Of a stretch of 64,000 nucleotides of DNA, positions 59,438 through 64,000 are shown in pieces (position 1 is the first letter of the stretch; each line of letters starts with the position of its first letter). The position numbers and the translations under genes were made by a program. This DNA is from Nitrosopumilus sp. (GTDB lineage: Archaea > Thermoproteota > Nitrososphaeria > Nitrososphaerales > Nitrosopumilaceae). The notes beneath the pieces were generated by a model that ran no database searches, was not told where the DNA came from, and saw only the letters and a list, made by a program, of their open reading frames with translations. The stretch spans positions 1,664,001-1,728,000 of the forward strand of contig OZ244732.1 of NCBI GenBank assembly GCA_965219345.1, in the 5' to 3' direction.

Positions 59438-62069
59438 TTAAAACAATTTTGCTTGTTTCTCGTCTTTTGGTTCTAACATATCAAAACCTGTCAAAAATCC
59501 TCCAATCCATCTCTTTTCAATGCTTGAATCAGATAATGATTCGCTGATTGCTTGTGCAACTATTCTTAACTGTTTACTGTTTTTGTATCCAGTCTCTTTA
59601 AGAAATTGATTTATTTCATTACGTTTGTTATTTTTCCATAATATAAGGACATGATGAAGAATATCGATTAGTTCTTTTATGTTTTTTAATTCATCAATTT
59701 TATGTTCATCAGGTCCGATTACTCTAATGTAGCCACCATCTTTTATTATAAATCCTTTATTCCATTCTTGTTCCAAACTTATACCCATACTTTGAGCCAA
59801 TTTTTTTGCATCATCATATGGTATCTTGGATTCTTTGTATACCCAACGCCACATAATATAGAATCGAGTCAAAGAAGATATCTCAGTTAATGAATCATCA
59901 CGTATTATTTTTTTAATTGTATAATCTGTAGCAATTTTTCTTGTATCATCTAATAGTTTCAATATAGATATTTGATTATCTGTGTCATCTATAATTTTTT
60001 TATATTTCCCAAAGACTTCTATTGCAGACCCAATTGCCGCTATGAAAAAATCAGAACCTGAAATCCCTTGATTCCAAAGTTGTTCCAGCTTTGCATTAAT
60101 ATATGAATTCAATTCTTTTTTCACGTCTCGGTAAAAACCATGTTGAATTTCTTGGGATTTTCTTACAGTCATGTATAGTGATGAGGATAACGATGCAGTT
60201 CCAGCCTTTGAAGCTGAAGGCATCTCTGTTTTTATGGGCCATACAGATGTAACAGATAGGCCGAATTTAACAGGGCATTGATTAGAGTTTCCCACCCCTG
60301 TGTAGATTTATGAGCATAAACAATTACTGCAATTCCATCAGCCTTTAAAACACGATTTATTTCAGAAAATGACTTGCTTAGATTCTCTTCAAAGAATGAT
60401 TTTGCATTCTGTGTTCCGTCATGTCGTTTTGGATTTGATACAATTTCTTGTTGTTTTGGAGATAATGGAGTTACAAACAGATCTGGATAAATGTCTCCGA
60501 GTATACGTTTTTGCCACACATAAAAATAATCAGACAATTCTGCATAGTTTACATTGTCATAGTAAGGTGGATCAGTTATGACTGCATCAAAGTATCCATC
60601 ATCAAATGGTAGTGATTGTGCAGACCATCTTGAGACCTGAGGTATTTTGAAATCAGAATCAATCGGGATTTCTAAACAGTGCTTTATCACTTTTATCATC
60701 CATTTTAGATTAGTTGTCCAGCTATACGCATCAGATATTGGATTGCTCTCTGCATAATCAAAATGCATAGTAAACGTGTGTTTAGGAAATGTCGGCGCCA
60801 TTATTTCTCTGGTAACATGCCACACACATAATGATGAGCAATATGCCAAGATACGGTCAAAATTCAATGACAGATATGTGACCAGAGCCTTTGCATATTC
60901 TTTGTTAGTTTCTTTTTTTAGAATTTCCTGATAAGCATCACGAATCTTGTCTGCAAATGTAAGTAATGCAAGTTTTTGTCGTGTGTTAAACAATTCGCCC
61001 CATTCCTTCATGCCATAGATCCAGATGGCTCTTGGCTCTTGGCTTTTGGCTTCAATTGGCTCATCAGGTATTGGGGTTATTTGCCATTTGAATTGCAGTT
61101 TGTTTATGACTGTCTCTAGTTTTTTGTCACATCTAGAAGCTAGTTTAATATCAGCATTATCTGTAATTTGATAGATCTTTCCTCTAATTCTTGATTTTAT
61201 TATTTTTGCAACTAGCATTTCTTTATATTTTTTTTCAAAGAATATTTTTCGAGTTGAATTGGGATCTATGATAAAGCCACAGTGACTGCAAGTTACAGCA
61301 GCTCTTGATATGTTTCCATTTGATGGGTTAAAATCTTTAGGCATTTTCTTGTACCCATCTCCTACAATTGTAAATACTATCTCATCTGATTTGATTTGTG
61401 GAAACAATGCTATCTTTTTGTTTGGTTTGTTAGAAAGCCAATATTGTTTGAAGATTGGAATTTCCTTTCTACATTTGGGATTTTGGCACTGTACAACTCT
61501 GGACCAGATATATCCTATCTCACCATTGCTATAGTTATCTTTTAATTCCTTTGTGGATTCTTGCAATATCCATCCTGCCCATTTTTTTATATCAGCTAAT
61601 AGTTTGTTTTCTTGAGTAGATGCAGCATTGCCATATTTTTCTCGATAACGTTGAGGAAATTCAATGCCACATTTGAGAATTAGAATTGCTATTGGGTTAT
61701 AGTCTCCAGTATATGTCTCACATCCAAGTCTTATCGCTTCCAGAGGAATAGAGCCCCCCCCCCGAAGGGGTCTAAAATGCGCAAACTAGCATTGTTTTCC
61801 TTTACATGTTTTCTTGCTGATTTTAGAATTGATAAATCAAGAGAATTTTTCCACAATGCAAGATTTGTGATAAAATCTTTCTTTTTTGATTTTGGATCAC
61901 TTGTATATGGAATTAAAGAAGAATAGATAGTAGATCTGGATGATGCCAAGGGGCGTCTTGCCCACCATAAATGCAGTGTGGAGATGTGTCCGTGTCTGAT
62001 ACTTTTTTCTTTGACTGATTCTTCACTGATCTCTTTAATTGGAAAGTCCTCTTCGATAAAACGCTTCAT
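59438..62069 (-). pseudogene. DUF1156-family adenine DNA methyltransferase split by two frameshifts
   Basis: LHLWWARRPL, DPFGGG(G)SIPLEA.RLG, Zn ribbon, FN.RQ, TDPPYYDNV.Y.ELSDYF, WPI.TEM; shifts at G10 (61754-61763) and ~60262. Confidence 0.88.
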
Positions 62070-62194
62070 GGATATCCAGTAATTGCGGTCTATTTTTGAT
62101 TATCTAATATCTATCAAAAAATCACTATTGAATAATAAATATAGTAAATTTGAATCATGATGACTATTCCATTCTGCAAAAATTAACGCCTGCA

Positions 62195-63226
62195 TCATAA
62201 TCTAAACAAAGCTATTTTGGCATTTTTCTTCCTCCTCTTTTTATCTAGGGTTTTGTAATTCCTGTTCCATTCCATTGTTCCAATTTTCTTCTCTTTAATT
62301 TCATCAATTATTTCATCCACAAAATTCATGTTTTGTTCTCGTCCAGTTACATAAAGAGAATTTATTTTTTCTGAGTATGCCTCTTCTGCACGTTTAATAT
62401 ATGGTGTGATGCCCTGAGAATATCTTTTGTAAGCTTTTGCAACAAGGATTATTTGTACACAAAAGACATCACTATGATAATCGAGTGGAACATCTTCATT
62501 TCCGATGTTTTTCAAGAATGCAAGAAAATTCTTTATTTCATTGGTTTTTTGATTAAGATCAAGTCCGTGTAATCTTTCGCCTACAAAAACAAATTCTGTA
62601 AGAAATATGTTATCAAAGTATCCAAATATGTCTAACTGTTTAAACTCCTCATAAAATGATTTGATTTTATCGTCATTATCTATTTGTTCTGGTAGCATTT
62701 CTTGTCTAAAAACATCCAATGCGTCAGGACGTTTTTCTTGTATTATTTTTTCTTGGATAGTTAACTCAGCCGCAGTTAAAATTTTAGATGGCAACTTATG
62801 TCTGACCATTGGAAGAAAAGCTTTTGACGTGTACTGGCGTATTGCATTAACAAAATTTCTAGCATTATTATTGTGATAATCCATGATTACAATAACATCT
62901 TCTTTTTCAATATACGAGCTAGAATCATCATCTTTGATCCAGCGGAATTTTAAGCCATACGGAAGTATTCTATCAGCATGATTGTTTTTTATGTAAGATG
63001 AGATTCTGCCTTGTATATCTGAGGCAACACTATGTCTAGCAGAACGTTTGCTCATCTTTTCAAACATAGATGCAATTAGACTACTCCAGATAGCAATCTT
63101 GTCAGGATGAGTAAAGAAATAAAATAGTAAATATGATAGAATTGCTATTGGAAGCGACCACCAAAAATCCACAAAATTTTGAAACATGCTAACAAACACA
63201 TCTTGTAAAATAATATCTTTTGTCAT
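62195..63226 (-). CDS. Hypothetical protein with N-terminal TM helix
   Basis: Intact 343-aa ORF upstream of the methyltransferase; no recognised family. Confidence 0.75.
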   Translation of the reverse strand: MTKDIILQDVFVSMFQNFVDFWWSLPIAILSYLLFYFFTHPDKIAIWSSLIASMFEKMSKRSARHSVASDIQGRISSYIKNNHADRILPYGLKFRWIKDDDSSSYIEKEDVIVIMDYHNNNARNFVNAIRQYTSKAFLPMVRHKLPSKILTAAELTIQEKIIQEKRPDALDVFRQEMLPEQIDNDDKIKSFYEEFKQLDIFGYFDNIFLTEFVFVGERLHGLDLNQKTNEIKNFLAFLKNIGNEDVPLDYHSDVFCVQIILVAKAYKRYSQGITPYIKRAEEAYSEKINSLYVTGREQNMNFVDEIIDEIKEKKIGTMEWNRNYKTLDKKRRKKNAKIALFRL

Positions 63227-63243
63227 GCTACACTAATTTATGA

Positions 63244-63474
63244 TTAGTGAATAGTTTTAACTATTTTATCATAACACGATATTTTGTTGCATGCAAACAC
63301 AAATTTTTCATTGACTAATTTTATGCTTCCAACATTTGTTGGCGATATCTCATTGGAGCATATATGACATTTTATATTACTGCTACGAAAATCCTGTAGT
63401 TGACCATATTTTTTCAATAGGTTATCTAGGTCTGCAATATGAACTGCCTTGATTTCCTTGCTTTGAGTAGACAT
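63244..63474 (-). CDS. Small Cys-rich hypothetical protein
   Basis: KAVH..DL..LL, KCHIC, FACNKISC; 17 bp upstream of the 343-aa gene. Confidence 0.7.
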   Translation of the reverse strand: MSTQSKEIKAVHIADLDNLLKKYGQLQDFRSSNIKCHICSNEISPTNVGSIKLVNEKFVFACNKISCYDKIVKTIH

Positions 63475-63615
63475 CATGATACAATTATACATTTTTGGCC
63501 TAAATAACTTGTTCGCATTTTATTGGATTATTTTGTCAAACTTGTGATCATTAGGTTTGAAATATCGTCATGACTCTGAATACATAAGTTTTCATCTGAG
63601 GTTATCTGTGTCTAT

Positions 63616-64000
63616 TGTACGGAAATTATGTCGCGCGCCAAGAGTCCGGCGTACTGCCCAAGAGTATTTTACACTACACAAGTCCAGGCACCCCATGCCA
63701 ATACGCCTGACCGACAAGGCCATCCGATACGCCGTCAGGCAGCTGGAGAAGGGCAAAGACACCAAGACGGTCGCAGAAGAGATCAACGTCACCCAGAGGC
63801 ATGTGCAGCGGCTGTGGGCCGAATTCAACAGGACCGGTTCGATCCACGTCCAGCAGCCTGCAGGACGGCCGGCAGATCTCCCACCGCCCGACGAGGAAAC
63901 CAATATGGTATTAGACGTTCACGGACGCAAGCCGGAGGGTGTGCTACGGACAGCCAAGAGGCTTCGGAAGGAGGGACACGATATAAGCTACTCCCGCGTA
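63616..64000 (+). mobile_element. Left end of a GC-rich IS481-like element; transposase starts at 63695 and runs off the window
   Basis: TGTACGGAAATTATGTC end sequence; abrupt GC rise; HTH VAEEINVTQRHVQRLW...GRP and KRLRKEG..ISYSRV. Confidence 0.78.

Noticed and set aside
63592-63903. 103-aa minus-strand ORF
   Set aside because: Antisense to the IS481-like transposase that starts at 63695

Overview
AT-rich chromosomal segment of an ammonia-oxidising archaeon (Nitrosopumilus-like Nitrososphaerota, inferred from archaeal EF-2, TFB, PurP, futalosine-pathway genes and many lineage-typical hypotheticals). About 1.9-51.7 kb and 55.7-59.2 kb are mostly core genes: purC/F/L/Q/S, purP, tatC/tatA, ubiX, CBS-TrkH, mqnD, mqnE-like, EF-2, TFB, SOD, an SNF2 helicase, PAC2 and dppB/C. 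At least ten small ORFs below the ORF-track cutoff were found by hand. Two accessory regions stand out. The first (~51.8-55.5 kb) is a decayed mobile island: integrase stump, a ~300-bp GC-rich MITE, a methyltransferase stump, an AbrB-like gene, a disrupted SWIM-domain IS6-like transposase and a RelBE-type toxin-antitoxin pair. The transposase is flanked by two unannotated RNAs: an archaeal box C/D guide-RNA architecture upstream and a tRNA with an Arg CCU anticodon but a long variable arm downstream. The second (~59.4-64 kb) is a defence-like block: a DUF1156 methyltransferase frameshifted at a poly-G tract, an unknown two-gene module and the start of a GC-rich IS481-like element. All family calls come from motif recognition by eye; no searches were run.
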